From the NCBI GenBank assembly GCA_964291405.2, contig OZ219926.1, positions 3,552,001-3,616,000 of the forward strand: a stretch of DNA of 64,000 bases, in the 5' to 3' direction. This document shows, piece after piece, positions 47,279 through 58,182 of the stretch. The notes beneath the pieces were generated by a model. The model was not told where the DNA came from, searched no databases, and was given only the letters and a program-made list of their open reading frames with translations. The translations under genes and the position numbers were made by a program. How positions within the stretch are numbered: position 1 is the stretch's first letter; each line of letters starts with the position of its first letter. This stretch comes from Thermodesulfobacteriota bacterium. Lineage in GTDB: Bacteria > Desulfobacterota > Binatia > Bin18.

Positions 47279-48226
47279 CTAGGCTGGAACGCCGGAAGCG
47301 AGCGCATCGACTTGCACTACTTCTTCTGCCGAGAGCTTCCAGTTCGGCGCGGCTACATTCGCCTGCACCTGTGCCGGCGTCGTTGCTCCGGCTATTACCG
47401 AGGTGACGCACGGTTGGGCAGCGAGCCATGACATGGCGAGTTCAAGCAGGGTGTGGCCGCGCTGTTCGGCAAAGTCTTGCAGAACCTCAACCTTGGCAAA
47501 ATTCTCCTCAGAGGCCATACGCTGGGTGAAGGGCAGAACGGCCAGCCGCGTTCCGGGCGCAAAGTCCTCACCGCGTCGATATTTGCCGGTCAGCATGCCG
47601 CTGGCTAAAGGAAAGTAGGGCAACTGGCCGAGTCCATGCCGCTCACAGGCTGGGATCGCATCTGCCTCAACCGTACGATTCAACAGGCTCCAGTCATTCT
47701 GTGCAGTGACAAAGTGAGCAAAATTGTGCGCTGTGGATTGTTTGACCGCTGCATTCATCTGCTCAGCAGAAAAATTTGAATGTCCGATGGCACGCACTTT
47801 GCCCCGGCCGACCAGCGTGTTCAGCGTCTCAAGGGTCTCTTCAATCGGCGTGTTCGGATCAGGGTAGTGCATTTGATATAGGTCAATCCAGTCTGTTTGT
47901 AAGCGGCGCAGGCTGTCTTCGACACAGCGCCGAATATACTCGCCCGCTCCCCACCGTTCTCCCGATTTGGCTAGCTTGGCGACACCGCCGAATTTTGTGG
48001 CCAGAACGATATCCTTGCGACGCGGACCCAACACTTTACCCAGGAACTCCTCGGACTGGCCTTTACCGTACATGTCTGCGGTATCAAAGCAGGTAATGCC
48101 GACCTCCAGAGCCGTGTCGATCACGGCCCGGCTGGCTTCCAAATCAATCTTCATTCCAAAGTTGTTACACCCAAGACCGACCACACTGGCCTGGATTCCC
48201 GATGCACCAAGCGGACGTGTTTCCAT
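47279..48226 (-). CDS. Aldo/keto reductase
   Basis: GLGCNNFG, DTADMY, ATKFG, IDLYQMH and PYFPLASG. Confidence 0.93.
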   Translation of the reverse strand: METRPLGASGIQASVVGLGCNNFGMKIDLEASRAVIDTALEVGITCFDTADMYGKGQSEEFLGKVLGPRRKDIVLATKFGGVAKLAKSGERWGAGEYIRRCVEDSLRRLQTDWIDLYQMHYPDPNTPIEETLETLNTLVGRGKVRAIGHSNFSAEQMNAAVKQSTAHNFAHFVTAQNDWSLLNRTVEADAIPACERHGLGQLPYFPLASGMLTGKYRRGEDFAPGTRLAVLPFTQRMASEENFAKVEVLQDFAEQRGHTLLELAMSWLAAQPCVTSVIAGATTPAQVQANVAAPNWKLSAEEVVQVDALASGVPA

Positions 48227-48259
48227 AGACGATGTCTCCTCAGAGCGGATTGGTTTTCT

Positions 48260-49834
48260 TCACACGGCAGCGGGGAACAGGCTATCCCAGTCCACCGCAC
48301 GCTGATACGCCGCCGCGACCCTGAGCAACTGGTCCTCGCGGAAATGCGGGGCGACCAGCATCAGGCCGATTGGCAGGCCGTCGACCTTGCCGCAGGGCAC
48401 GCTGAGGGCAGGATGGCCGGTCAGGTTAAACGGTCCCATATTACGGATGACCAGACCGAGGTCCAGCCCTAGTTGTCCGCCGAAAAGAGTCTGCTCAATC
48501 GCTTCCTCGTAATTCTCAGGCTGGTGATAACGCGGAGCCTTGATCGGTACTGTGGGCATGGCCAGGATATCGACCTGAGCAAAGGTCTGGTTATAGTGTT
48601 TGATAAAAGTGGGCCGGACATTATGCGCCTTGGCGTGCAGCCGTCCGTGCGTAAAGCGAGCCAGGTAGGTGCCGAGGATCAAATGGAGTTTGTAGTTCAG
48701 GGGGAGTTCGTGGCCGTGGCTGCGCTTGAAGCGGCCAAAGGTGGAGATGAATGAGCTGGGATAATAAGTCTTTGTACCAGCGCCACCCAGATTGGTATCG
48801 AACATATGCTTGCCGCCTTCAAAGTAGATAGGCAGCAGGGCCAAAGTGGCCTTGTCGTGTAGCGGAATAGACACGCGCTCAAGCTGTGCACCGGCTTGCT
48901 CCAGGGTGGTGAGCGCGCTCAAGACGGTCTGGTCAACCTCGGGTTCGCTGCCGGGAAAACCAAAGCCCTCGGATAAAATACCGATCCGGACGCCCGCGAT
49001 ATCCTGTGCCAATGCCTGGGTATAGCTCGGTAGTTGGACCGGCAGGGCAGCCTGCCGGGGATCATAGCCGTCCGCACCCGCTACGCACTCCAGGATAAGC
49101 GCGATATCTTCGACCGTTCGGGCGAGTGGACCCACGTAATCGATCGTTGGGTCCAAGCCAAACACTCCAGTATGGGAGACCAGCCCGTGTGTGGGCATCA
49201 GGCCCACAGTCCCCGACCACGCCGCAGGCAGTCGGACCGAGCCGCCTTGGTCTCCACCAAAGGCCACGTCAACGAGACCTGCGGCAACCGCCGCACCAGA
49301 CCCCGAAGAAGAGCCGCCCGTGACATGAGCCGTATTATGCGGGTTCAGTGGCCGTCCAAAGTCACCAACGCCGCTGAGCCCTGGGCCGCCAAAAGAGAAG
49401 TCTTCCATGTTCATTTTGCCCACGATGGTGGCTCCGGCGTCGAGCAGCCGTGTGACCAGCGGCGCGTCAAAGTCCGGGGTATAGCCGTCCATGAAATGAC
49501 AGCCGAGCGTGAGGGGCACACCAGCCACACTGATGTGGTCTTTCAGGCCGATGGTCTTGCCGGCGAGCAGTCCGTCTTTTGCGCCCTCGATCCGACATTT
49601 CCGAATAAAAACGTTCAGCGGGTCTTCTTCCGCCGTTGGCCGATAGCCGGGGTCCCGGTCGGTATAGCGGAGGGGTAGACGCTGCTCCTCGATTCTCAAC
49701 TCCTGAAAGGTCTCGAACGTGGCGATATGCTCAAGCAGGCGAGAATGCATGCTCTGCATCTCAGCCGGGGTGAGTTCCAAGCCGAGTTCCTGACTGTATT
49801 GGGCAAGGTCTTGGATACCGAGTCGGGGCAGCAT
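48260..49834 (-). CDS. Amidase (amidase-signature family)
   Basis: LKD, GGSSSGS and GDQGGSVRLPA (Ser-cisSer-Lys triad motifs). Confidence 0.92.
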   Translation of the reverse strand: MLPRLGIQDLAQYSQELGLELTPAEMQSMHSRLLEHIATFETFQELRIEEQRLPLRYTDRDPGYRPTAEEDPLNVFIRKCRIEGAKDGLLAGKTIGLKDHISVAGVPLTLGCHFMDGYTPDFDAPLVTRLLDAGATIVGKMNMEDFSFGGPGLSGVGDFGRPLNPHNTAHVTGGSSSGSGAAVAAGLVDVAFGGDQGGSVRLPAAWSGTVGLMPTHGLVSHTGVFGLDPTIDYVGPLARTVEDIALILECVAGADGYDPRQAALPVQLPSYTQALAQDIAGVRIGILSEGFGFPGSEPEVDQTVLSALTTLEQAGAQLERVSIPLHDKATLALLPIYFEGGKHMFDTNLGGAGTKTYYPSSFISTFGRFKRSHGHELPLNYKLHLILGTYLARFTHGRLHAKAHNVRPTFIKHYNQTFAQVDILAMPTVPIKAPRYHQPENYEEAIEQTLFGGQLGLDLGLVIRNMGPFNLTGHPALSVPCGKVDGLPIGLMLVAPHFREDQLLRVAAAYQRAVDWDSLFPAAV

Positions 49835-49836
49835 GA

Positions 49837-50880
49837 TTAACCCTCCTGTGCTGCAAAATGAGGCATGACCTCTTTGGCAAACAAGCGCATGGAATATTCC
49901 GCCCGGCGCGGATCAATGCCACCGATTTGCATCCACATGACCAGATGGGTCACGCCGGCTTCCTGCTGTGAGCGTGTAATCTCTTGAATCGCATCCTCGG
50001 GTGTCCCAATGATGGGCGGCGCCCCAAAGAAGTGGAGTCCCTGAGCCGTACCAAGTTCTTCGGCGGGCGGTAAGGGATCGACGCCAAAATAGCCGCCGGG
50101 GATTTGAAAATCTCCAGCCTCGTCGAGCTTTTGGGTATAGACGGCCATACGATGCCGCACGTGTGGCGCGCATTCTTCCCAGGCGCGTGCGCGCGTGTCG
50201 GACAGGTAGACCAATCGCAGCGCGGCTTTATGAAAATTCTTCGGATCATGACCGTGGCGGCGCAGACTGTCTTCGTACAGCCGCGTAGTATGGGCACTGC
50301 CCGCGCCCGCAAAGTGACAGCCGTAGCGGGCAACCCGGTCGATCGATTTTGGAGTCAGCCCGGCCACCCACAACGGAGGAGTGGTTTGCACCGGTCGGGG
50401 ACGGAGAGAAATGGGTCCAATCGTGAAATGCTTGCCGGCGTAGGTAAACTCCTCCTGGGTCCACAGACCGGTGATAATCGCCAGGCCGTCTTCCATCCGC
50501 GCCGGGCGCTGGGAGCGAGGGATGTTATAGGCCGCGTATTCGTCCACGACATAGCCCTGGCCCAGACCCAGGTCGAAACGACCGTCCGATAGGGCATCGA
50601 GCGTTGCCGCTTCTTCCGCAACCTGAAGCGGGTGGTAAAGCGGCAGGATGACGATATAGGTTCCGAGTCGAATGCGGCTGGTCTGGGTGGCCAGTGCGGC
50701 CAGCAGCGGGAACTGGGCTGGGAAGTAGTCGTCGGTGCCGTGGTGCTCTGCCGTCCAAATGTGGTCGTAGCCAAGCTCTTCGGCTAGCACCCCCTGTCTG
50801 ACCATACTCCGACAAAGTTGAGCCGATGAAACCTGCCAGGGCCGTGGGTTCTCAAACGCGAACAGCAGTCCGAAGTCCAT
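49837..50880 (-). CDS. LLM class flavin-dependent oxidoreductase
   Basis: AEELGYD.IWTAEHH, PLYHPL.VAEEAA.LD.LS.GR and FAKEVMP. Confidence 0.92.
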   Translation of the reverse strand: MDFGLLFAFENPRPWQVSSAQLCRSMVRQGVLAEELGYDHIWTAEHHGTDDYFPAQFPLLAALATQTSRIRLGTYIVILPLYHPLQVAEEAATLDALSDGRFDLGLGQGYVVDEYAAYNIPRSQRPARMEDGLAIITGLWTQEEFTYAGKHFTIGPISLRPRPVQTTPPLWVAGLTPKSIDRVARYGCHFAGAGSAHTTRLYEDSLRRHGHDPKNFHKAALRLVYLSDTRARAWEECAPHVRHRMAVYTQKLDEAGDFQIPGGYFGVDPLPPAEELGTAQGLHFFGAPPIIGTPEDAIQEITRSQQEAGVTHLVMWMQIGGIDPRRAEYSMRLFAKEVMPHFAAQEG

Positions 50881-50979
50881 CTCTCCCCCCTCGTGAGACG
50901 CATTGGGAGTGGCCCGTGCGCCCAAACCTTGTCCTCCCGAAGTGGGCGTGGTTTAACCGAAGGCAGAAGGGAGGCCGCT

Positions 50980-51744
50980 ATGGCAACATTCGACGAGTAC
51001 CGCAATCAGTATAAGCATGTTCAGATGGAGCGGCGCAACGGAATTCTGCAACTCATGCTCCACACGGATGGGAAAACCCTGCACTGGGGAGAAGGCCCAC
51101 ACTCGGAGTTAGGAAAATGTTTCTACGATGTTGGCAGCGACCCGGAGAACAGAGCCGTCATTATTACCGGCACGGAGGACAAGTTCATTGCCCGCTACGC
51201 CCGGGAGGGCCAATGGGAGATCACGCCCCAGTTATGGGATCATATTTATTGGGATGCCAAAAAGCTTCTGATGAATCACCTGGACATCGAGGTGCCCATG
51301 ATTGCCGCGGTCAACGGTCCGGCTACCATTCACGCCGAGCTGGCGGTCTTGTGTGATATTGTGCTTGCCTCAGACGACGCGGTATTCCAGGATGCGCCGC
51401 ATTTTCCCAACGGGATTGTGCCGGGCGACGGGGTACATATTGTCTGGCCGCTTCTCCTGGGCGCGAACCGAGGGCGTTACTTCCTGCTCACCGGTCAGAA
51501 ACTCTCGGCTCAAGAGGCGCTGACACTCGGGGTGGTCAACGAGGTCATGCCGCGTGAAAAACTGCTTGAGCGGGCCTGGGAGTTGGCGGAGATTGTCTCC
51601 AAACAGCCGCCGTTGACCGTTCGCTACGCCCGCGTCGCGCTGACCCAGCAACTCAAGAAGCTGATGCTCGACAACCTTGGCTACGGCTTGGCGCTCGAAG
51701 GTTTAGGCGCCCAGGAATACTGGCCGGGCGGGAAGAAGAAGTAA
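50980..51744 (+). CDS. Crotonase-superfamily beta-diketone hydrolase (6-oxocamphor hydrolase-like)
   Basis: [12 protein letters not shown] and [17 protein letters not shown], carrying the His/Asp dyad region of the OCH type. Confidence 0.82.
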   Translation: MATFDEYRNQYKHVQMERRNGILQLMLHTDGKTLHWGEGPHSELGKCFYDVGSDPENRAVIITGTEDKFIARYAREGQWEITPQLWDHIYWDAKKLLMNHLDIEVPMIAAVNGPATIHAELAVLCDIVLASDDAVFQDAPHFPNGIVPGDGVHIVWPLLLGANRGRYFLLTGQKLSAQEALTLGVVNEVMPREKLLERAWELAEIVSKQPPLTVRYARVALTQQLKKLMLDNLGYGLALEGLGAQEYWPGGKKK

Positions 51745-51785
51745 TAGAGTGGGGGAAATATTACCCTAGTGGTCTGAATCCGCTG

Positions 51786-52925
51786 ATGTACCGCTATCAG
51801 GAAACGCAACGCTACTTTGCCCAAGTAGCGGATGATATCAAGGACATTGCCGAGCAAGAGCTCCGCACGCTTGGAGCCCGAGAGACCAGTCCGACGTATC
51901 GCGGAATGTATTTCACTGCCTCACCAAAGGTGCTCTATACCATTAATTTTTACGCCCGCCTGATTACCCGCGTGCTCGCTCCGCTCACGTCGTTCAGGTG
52001 TCACTCCGACCGCTATCTGTACAAAAAGGCGCGGGAGGTCGAATGGCAGGATTTCCTCGATCCGTCACAAACCTTTGCCGTTTTTGCCACCGTGGCCAAC
52101 AGTCGGCTGCGGCACTCGAAATTTGCCGCCCTCCGCCTGAAAGATGCAGTAGTTGACTCTCTTCGAGCTGCCACTGGTGCGCGTCCGTCCATCGATACCA
52201 GAGAGCCGGATGTCTGGATTAATCTGTACATTCAGAATGATGAGGCCACGATCAGCCTGGATACGTCTGGAGGCTCGCTCCATCGCCGCGGCTATCGAAA
52301 AAAAAGCGTCCAGGCACCCCTGGTCGAGACCTTGGCCGCGGCGATTATTCACCATACTGAATGGGATGGACGCCGACCGCTGTACGATCCGTTCTGCGGC
52401 TCCGGTACCCTGCTGTGCGAGGCCTATATGTCGGCTGCACGGATGCCGGCGGGGCTGTTTCGTCAGCGATTTGGTTTTCAGTCCCTGCCCGACTTCGACA
52501 CGAGGCTCTGGCGGCAGGTGCAAGAAGACGGGCGGGCTGCGCTGCGTCCTCCTCCTCGGGGCCTCATATCCGGCAGCGATATCGACCCCGAAGCTGTTCA
52601 CGCCGCGAGGGCCAACTGCGCCGCCTTTCCCGCCGGTAGTTCCATCACGGTTGAGCAACGCGATGCCTTTCAGATTCGTCGGATCGACGACGCGGTCATT
52701 GTGTGTAATCCGCCGTATGGCATCCGCATGGGCAAACAGGACAATCTGGACGCTTTCTACGCCCGCCTGGGCGATTTCCTCAAACAGCGCTGTCAAGGCT
52801 CGACGGCTTTCATTTATTGTGGAGACCGTCAGTACCTGAAGCGGATTGGCCTCAGACCGGCGTGGAAAAAACCGCTCGTCAACGGCGGCTTGGACGGACG
52901 CCTGGCAAAGTATGAACTGTATTAA
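51786..52925 (+). CDS. THUMP-domain rRNA methyltransferase (RlmL-like)
   Basis: DTSGGSLHRRGYR, APL.ETLAAA, DPFCGSGT and NPPYG. Confidence 0.9.
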   Translation: MYRYQETQRYFAQVADDIKDIAEQELRTLGARETSPTYRGMYFTASPKVLYTINFYARLITRVLAPLTSFRCHSDRYLYKKAREVEWQDFLDPSQTFAVFATVANSRLRHSKFAALRLKDAVVDSLRAATGARPSIDTREPDVWINLYIQNDEATISLDTSGGSLHRRGYRKKSVQAPLVETLAAAIIHHTEWDGRRPLYDPFCGSGTLLCEAYMSAARMPAGLFRQRFGFQSLPDFDTRLWRQVQEDGRAALRPPPRGLISGSDIDPEAVHAARANCAAFPAGSSITVEQRDAFQIRRIDDAVIVCNPPYGIRMGKQDNLDAFYARLGDFLKQRCQGSTAFIYCGDRQYLKRIGLRPAWKKPLVNGGLDGRLAKYELY

Positions 52926-53018
52926 CTCCTCATCCGGTACGATCCCTGAGCTGATGCGTGGACGATTTCGAGTACGACATGGTAGAGTAAACGCTACTCA
53001 ACGAAGGAGGGCCCGATA

Positions 53019-54464
53019 ATGTTATCCCTGAGTGAATATGCAAAGTATGACGGCCTTGGGCTGGCTGGCTTGGTTGCGCGCAAAGAAGTCAGCGCCGAAG
53101 AACTGGTGGCGACTGCCGTCCAGGCTATTGAAAAGGTCAACCCGCAACTGAACGCCGTACTCCAGGTGCTGTCGGACCAGGCACAAACCGAGATTCGGGG
53201 AGGGCTGCCGCAAGGCCCCTTCAGCGGCGTACCGTTTCTGATCAAAGAACTGGTCCTGCACGCTAAGGGAGTCCGCCTCGATATGGGCTCACGGCTGGCT
53301 CAGGGCTATGTTGCCTCCGAGGATTCCGAGCTCATGGCGCGCTTTCGACGTGCTGGATTCGTGCTGACCGGAACAACCCAAACGCCAGAGCTGGGCTATA
53401 ACCCGACAACGGAGACTGTCCTGTTCGGGCCGGTCCACAACCCGTGGAAGGCTGGCCATAGCGCCGGCGGTTCGAGCGGTGGGTCCGGCGCGTCAGTCGC
53501 CGCCGGCATTGTCCCGGTTGCCCATGCCAACGATGGTGGCGGCTCCATTCGTATTCCGGCCTCGTGCAACGGTCTGGTTGGCCTCAAGCCCTCGCGCGAT
53601 CTGGTGCCTACCGGGCCCGACTATTCTGATCCGCTGTGTGGTCTGGCGTGTGAGTTTGTGGTCTCGCGCAGCGTCCGCGACTCCGCGACCCTGCTTGACA
53701 TCGTAGCCGGGGCCGATGCAGGTGCACCTGGCATCCCGGTCCCGCCGGCCCGTCCCTACCGCGAGGAAGTGAGTGCGCCGCCGGGGAAGCTGCGCATCGC
53801 CTGGACCACCACGCCCGCTTCGGGCGAAAAGGTTGACCCGGAATGCGAGCAAGCGGTCCATGACACCGTGCGGGTGCTGGAGGAGCTTGGCCATACGGTG
53901 TACGAAGGCCGACCGGAATATGACTGGGAGGAGTTCCTTAAAGAGATTCACGTGATTTGGGTGGCGTATAACGCCATGGCGGTTGAAGACTTGGCTACGG
54001 AAATGGGCCGTTCGCCAAGTCCGGATACGCTGGAAGCCGTGACGCTGGCCTGCTGGGAAGACGGCAAGAAATATAGTGCAGTTGATCTGCTGAAATCCCT
54101 GGACTACGGGGGTCGTCTGTCCCGTATCGTCGGTCGCTTCTTTGAAGGCCTGGATGTCTTTGTAACGCCTACTATTGCCAAGCCGCCCGCGCCGCATGGG
54201 GAAGTGAACCAGAACCGGGCCGGTATGACGGCTATGGAGTGGACCCGTCAAATCTTTTCTTATGTTCCTTTTACGCCGCTCTTTAATACGACCGGGCAGC
54301 CGGCGATTTCATTGCCCTTGCACTGGAGTGCCGACGGCCTGCCGGTCGGTGTCCAGTTTGTTGGGCAATTCGGGGACGAAGCAGGGCTGTTGCGCTTGGC
54401 CGCTCAGTTGGAAGAGGCAAAGCCGTGGGCGGACAGGCGTCCGCCGGTGCATGTAGCCGCCTAG
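53019..54464 (+). CDS. Amidase (6-aminohexanoate cyclic dimer hydrolase-like)
   Basis: GVPFLIK, GGSSGGS, NDGGGSIRIPAS and TGQPAISLP. Confidence 0.92.
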   Translation: MLSLSEYAKYDGLGLAGLVARKEVSAEELVATAVQAIEKVNPQLNAVLQVLSDQAQTEIRGGLPQGPFSGVPFLIKELVLHAKGVRLDMGSRLAQGYVASEDSELMARFRRAGFVLTGTTQTPELGYNPTTETVLFGPVHNPWKAGHSAGGSSGGSGASVAAGIVPVAHANDGGGSIRIPASCNGLVGLKPSRDLVPTGPDYSDPLCGLACEFVVSRSVRDSATLLDIVAGADAGAPGIPVPPARPYREEVSAPPGKLRIAWTTTPASGEKVDPECEQAVHDTVRVLEELGHTVYEGRPEYDWEEFLKEIHVIWVAYNAMAVEDLATEMGRSPSPDTLEAVTLACWEDGKKYSAVDLLKSLDYGGRLSRIVGRFFEGLDVFVTPTIAKPPAPHGEVNQNRAGMTAMEWTRQIFSYVPFTPLFNTTGQPAISLPLHWSADGLPVGVQFVGQFGDEAGLLRLAAQLEEAKPWADRRPPVHVAA

Positions 54465-54524
54465 TCCCCGCGCGAGAGTGAGGCGAGGCCATAAAAGAAC
54501 CGCGCACTGGTAAGGAGTACGCGC

Positions 54525-55190
54525 ATGACCGAGACGCACCCGTCCCCCCACCTCATCCTATGGGGTGCAGGAACAACCCGCACCATCCGGCCGCACTGGG
54601 TACTGCACGAACTCGGTCTGGAGTATGAAAAACACCCGATTGGCTCACGGACGGGAGAAACTCAGACTGCCGAATTTCGTGCCCTCAACCCGCGTGGTAA
54701 GATTCCGGTGCTCCAGGATGGGGATCTGATCCTGGCCGAGAGTGCCGCGATTATCAATTATCTGGTTGAAAACTATGGGCCGGAATCCGGGCTGGTCCCC
54801 CGTCCGGGCACCCCGCAGCGGGGACTGTACGATCAGTGGTGTTTTTTCATTATGACCGAGCTTGATGCTCACACCCTATACATTCTACGGCGGCATGATG
54901 ACTTGGCACACCTGTATGGCGCGGCTCCGAATGCGGTGCAAGCCGCAAAAGAAGGTTTTGCGCGTCAGATTGCCGTTGTGACACAGACCCTCCGTTCCGG
55001 CGGGCCGTATCTATTGGGCGCAAGCTTTACCTGTGCCGATATCCTGTTGACCACCTGTTTGACCTGGGCTCGCTACTGTAAGATTCCTTTAGCCAATGCG
55101 CTGATCGACTATGCCCGGCGGCTGACGGCTCGGCCGGCCTATCGTCAGGCGGCGGCAACTAACGGTGGACCCATGGTTGGTCTCACATGA
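54525..55190 (+). CDS. Glutathione S-transferase family protein
   Basis: RT.R.HW.LHELGL, NPRGKIPVL, ESAAI and FTCAD. Confidence 0.9.
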   Translation: MTETHPSPHLILWGAGTTRTIRPHWVLHELGLEYEKHPIGSRTGETQTAEFRALNPRGKIPVLQDGDLILAESAAIINYLVENYGPESGLVPRPGTPQRGLYDQWCFFIMTELDAHTLYILRRHDDLAHLYGAAPNAVQAAKEGFARQIAVVTQTLRSGGPYLLGASFTCADILLTTCLTWARYCKIPLANALIDYARRLTARPAYRQAAATNGGPMVGLT

Positions 55191-55251
55191 AAAACCCCGG
55201 TCGGCTTGCGGGCCGCCGGCTCGCATCCCTCTCACAAATGGTAGCTGCCTC

Positions 55252-55776
55252 ATGACACAACCGGTTCCGACAAAACGCCTGCTGCTTTTTCGACATGCCA
55301 AGTCTGATTGGGGCGCGGCGGCTGAGGATGACCATGCGCGCCCGCTGACAAAACGTGGGATCGCTGCGGCCCAGGCAATGGGGCGGATTCTGGCGGCTTC
55401 CGGCCAAATGCCGGACCGTGTCGTGACCTCGTCCGCGGTCCGGGCAAAAACGACGCTGGAGGTGGCTCGGGTGGCCGGCAAATGGAAGTGTCCGACCGAC
55501 ATAAGCGACGCCCTGTATGATACCGATGCGAGCGCGGTGCTGGAAGAAATACGCGCCCTCCCCAAGAGCGCGACGACGGTCCTATTCGTTGGTCATGAAC
55601 CGACCTGGTCGGAGTTGGCGAGCTTTCTGATCGGCGGGGGGAATCTCCGGTTTCCAACCGCGGCGCTGGCCCGTATCGACCTGGTTGTCCCCGGCTGGCA
55701 TGCGGTGACCTTTGGTCGGGGAGAACTCGTCTGGCTCCTCCAGCCCAAGTTTTTCACCAAGGGGAAATTTCTATGA
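55252..55776 (+). CDS. sixA: SixA-type phosphohistidine phosphatase
   Basis: RHAKS, RPLTKRG, SSAVRA..T and VGHEP. Confidence 0.88.
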   Translation: MTQPVPTKRLLLFRHAKSDWGAAAEDDHARPLTKRGIAAAQAMGRILAASGQMPDRVVTSSAVRAKTTLEVARVAGKWKCPTDISDALYDTDASAVLEEIRALPKSATTVLFVGHEPTWSELASFLIGGGNLRFPTAALARIDLVVPGWHAVTFGRGELVWLLQPKFFTKGKFL

Positions 55777-55860
55777 GATCCGCCAAAAACGGCAAATGAG
55801 TATGTTTGACCAGAGAGGGGAGAAGGGGAGGCGAACGACACCCTAGAAGGAGGGATAAGC

Positions 55861-56325
55861 ATGATAAAAGGCATTCATCACACCGCTATTTCAACCGGGG
55901 ATATTGAACGGGCACTGCGCTTCTACAAAGACCTGCTCGGTTTTGAAGAGCTCTTTGCGTTTGAGTGGAAAGTGGGGTCGCAGTCGGTCGATCAAATTGT
56001 GGGACTCAAGGACTCTTCCTCAAAAGTCGTCATGCTCAAGGCCGGGAACGCCTGCGTGGAGCTGTTTCAGTACGCCACACCAGAGCCCAAGCCCGGCGAC
56101 CCCAATCGTCCGGTGTGTGACCACGGTATTACCCACCTGTGTCTGCAAGTGGAAGATATTGACGGCGAATACGAACGGCTCAAAGCCGCGGGCATGACGT
56201 TCCACTGCGCGCCGCAGAAAGCCGGCAGGGGGCTGCGGGCGACATACGGACGTGATCCCGACGGCAATGTTGTCGAGCTGTTGGAAGTGGAAAACTCGGA
56301 CGATAAGCTCTCGGTGGCGGCGTAG
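55861..56325 (+). CDS. VOC/glyoxalase family protein
   Basis: HHTAI, FY..LLG, GITHLC and DPDGNVVEL. Confidence 0.9.
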   Translation: MIKGIHHTAISTGDIERALRFYKDLLGFEELFAFEWKVGSQSVDQIVGLKDSSSKVVMLKAGNACVELFQYATPEPKPGDPNRPVCDHGITHLCLQVEDIDGEYERLKAAGMTFHCAPQKAGRGLRATYGRDPDGNVVELLEVENSDDKLSVAA

Positions 56326-56363
56326 CGAGAGCATGGAATGCCCATATTTCTCAGGAGAGGCAT

Positions 56364-57236
56364 ATGACACAGCAAACCCCCGACTCGAAAGAGCCTTACG
56401 TTGGCAAAGAGCTTGGCAGTGTCTCCTTCACTGTCACCGAAGCCGTCTTAAACGATTACTACGATGGTCTGAATCTCTCGCGTCCGCAGGCCGCTGCTGT
56501 CCCTTCCATGATTGCCAGCGGACCGGATAACGCTTATTTCGCGCAGTCGTCGTTCAGCAATCATTTTGGCCATCTCTGGATGCGCCAGGAGTGGGAATTG
56601 TTCACGCCGCTGACGTCGGGCCGGACGTATACGGCAACCGCACAGATCACGGATATTTATCCGAAGCGCAATCGCTCGGTGGTACGCTACGAGGTCGAGT
56701 TGCGCGCAGACTCCGGAGAATTGGCCTTACGCACGCGACACCACCAGAGCTATCTGCTCGACCAGCACGACGGGCAGCTCACCTTTCGCGACCCAAAGGC
56801 CAAACAGGGCGCGCGGCGCTTCGTTGTCCCGGAGGGTGAACCGTTTGGGCCGCTCGAACGCGTCATCAGTCTGGAGATGTGCGACCGGTTTTTTCACGGC
56901 GACGCCAACTACCACACTAACCGTGAGGAATCGAAAAAACTCGGTTTTGGCGATGTCGTTATCGGTGGACGGATGACCATGGCCTATGCGGCCCATATTC
57001 TCGAAGAACGCTTTGGCACTGCCTGGTGGACGAGCGGCCGGTTGGATACGAAGTTCACCAACCCGGTGTGGCCCAATGAGACCGTTATCGCCCATGGTGT
57101 CATGACTGGCCCGCTCGAAGAGGAACCGGAACGGACGGGCGCCTTCGTGTGGCTGGCAAAACCGGACGAGACCATCGTGCTGGTTGCAAACGCGAGCGTC
57201 AGGTCAATAGAGGAAGAACGCAAACGGGATAGCTGA
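56364..57236 (+). CDS. MaoC-like double hot-dog dehydratase
   Basis: DANYHT...LGF..VV..G and KFTNPVWP.E in the second hot-dog repeat. Confidence 0.75.
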   Translation: MTQQTPDSKEPYVGKELGSVSFTVTEAVLNDYYDGLNLSRPQAAAVPSMIASGPDNAYFAQSSFSNHFGHLWMRQEWELFTPLTSGRTYTATAQITDIYPKRNRSVVRYEVELRADSGELALRTRHHQSYLLDQHDGQLTFRDPKAKQGARRFVVPEGEPFGPLERVISLEMCDRFFHGDANYHTNREESKKLGFGDVVIGGRMTMAYAAHILEERFGTAWWTSGRLDTKFTNPVWPNETVIAHGVMTGPLEEEPERTGAFVWLAKPDETIVLVANASVRSIEEERKRDS

Positions 57237-57241
57237 GTCTC

Positions 57242-58144
57242 ATGGCAAACCACCGCAAGTCCCCGCAATTTTTTACGCCTCCCGACAGCCCATTTCAGGT
57301 ACCGTGCGACGGAACCTTTCTGGTGAAGGACGCGCCGACCGGTCCCGGGAAGAACGCACCCGGTACTGCCGAGTGTCGCAAGCAGCTTGAGCAGTTGACT
57401 ACCCGCCTCGACGAGCGGCAGCGCGTTTTATATGCCCAGACCCAGTATGCCGTCCTGTGTATCTTCCAGGCCATGGATGCCGCGGGCAAAGACTCAACAA
57501 TCCGGGCCGTCATGCGGGGGCTGAACCCGGCCGGGTTTCAGGTCTTCTCGTTCCAGGCGCCGTCAGTAGAAGAATACGCCCACGATTTCTTGTGGCGGGC
57601 GTCGCTCCGCCTGCCTGAGCGTGGACGGATCGGCATTTTTAACCGCAGCTATTACGAAGAGGTGCTGATCGCGCGGGTCCATCCCGAATTCCTGACCCGC
57701 CAACACCTGCCTTGGCCGAAGGATCACGACAGCCTCTGGGAGTATCGCTTTGAGTCCATCCAGGACTATGAGAAGCACTTGGTTCGGAACGGCACGATAG
57801 TGCTCAAGTTCTGGCTCAACGTCTCCAAGGCAGAACAACGGCGCCGCTTCCTGGATCGTCTGAAGAAACAGGAAAAACACTGGAAGTTCTCGGAGGCCGA
57901 CACAGCCGAGCGGGCATATTGGGACACGTATATGCATGCCTACGAAGACTGTCTGAATCAGACCTCTACTCCGTGGGCTCCGTGGTATGCGATTCCTGCG
58001 GACAACAAGCCCTATATGCGTCTGGCTGTGGCCCAGGTCTTGGCGCAGACTCTTGAGCAACTGGACCTGCACTACCCGACCCTGACACCGGAACAGAAGG
58101 CCGGTCTTGCCGCTAGCCGCAGGCGTCTCAAAAAGGAAAGTTAG
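57242..58144 (+). CDS. ppk2: Polyphosphate kinase 2 family (polyphosphate:nucleotide phosphotransferase)
   Basis: QAMDAAGKDS, HDFLWR, FNRSYYEEV and APWY.IPAD.K. Confidence 0.92.
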   Translation: MANHRKSPQFFTPPDSPFQVPCDGTFLVKDAPTGPGKNAPGTAECRKQLEQLTTRLDERQRVLYAQTQYAVLCIFQAMDAAGKDSTIRAVMRGLNPAGFQVFSFQAPSVEEYAHDFLWRASLRLPERGRIGIFNRSYYEEVLIARVHPEFLTRQHLPWPKDHDSLWEYRFESIQDYEKHLVRNGTIVLKFWLNVSKAEQRRRFLDRLKKQEKHWKFSEADTAERAYWDTYMHAYEDCLNQTSTPWAPWYAIPADNKPYMRLAVAQVLAQTLEQLDLHYPTLTPEQKAGLAASRRRLKKES

Positions 58145-58182
58145 CGCGGATTGCGCGGTCGAATCGCCTCCGCCCTATTGCC

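Noticed and set aside
55252-58144. SixA and PPK2 as a dedicated phosphate-signalling module
   Set aside because: They are separated by unrelated VOC and MaoC genes, and such proximity is common. There is no further support here.
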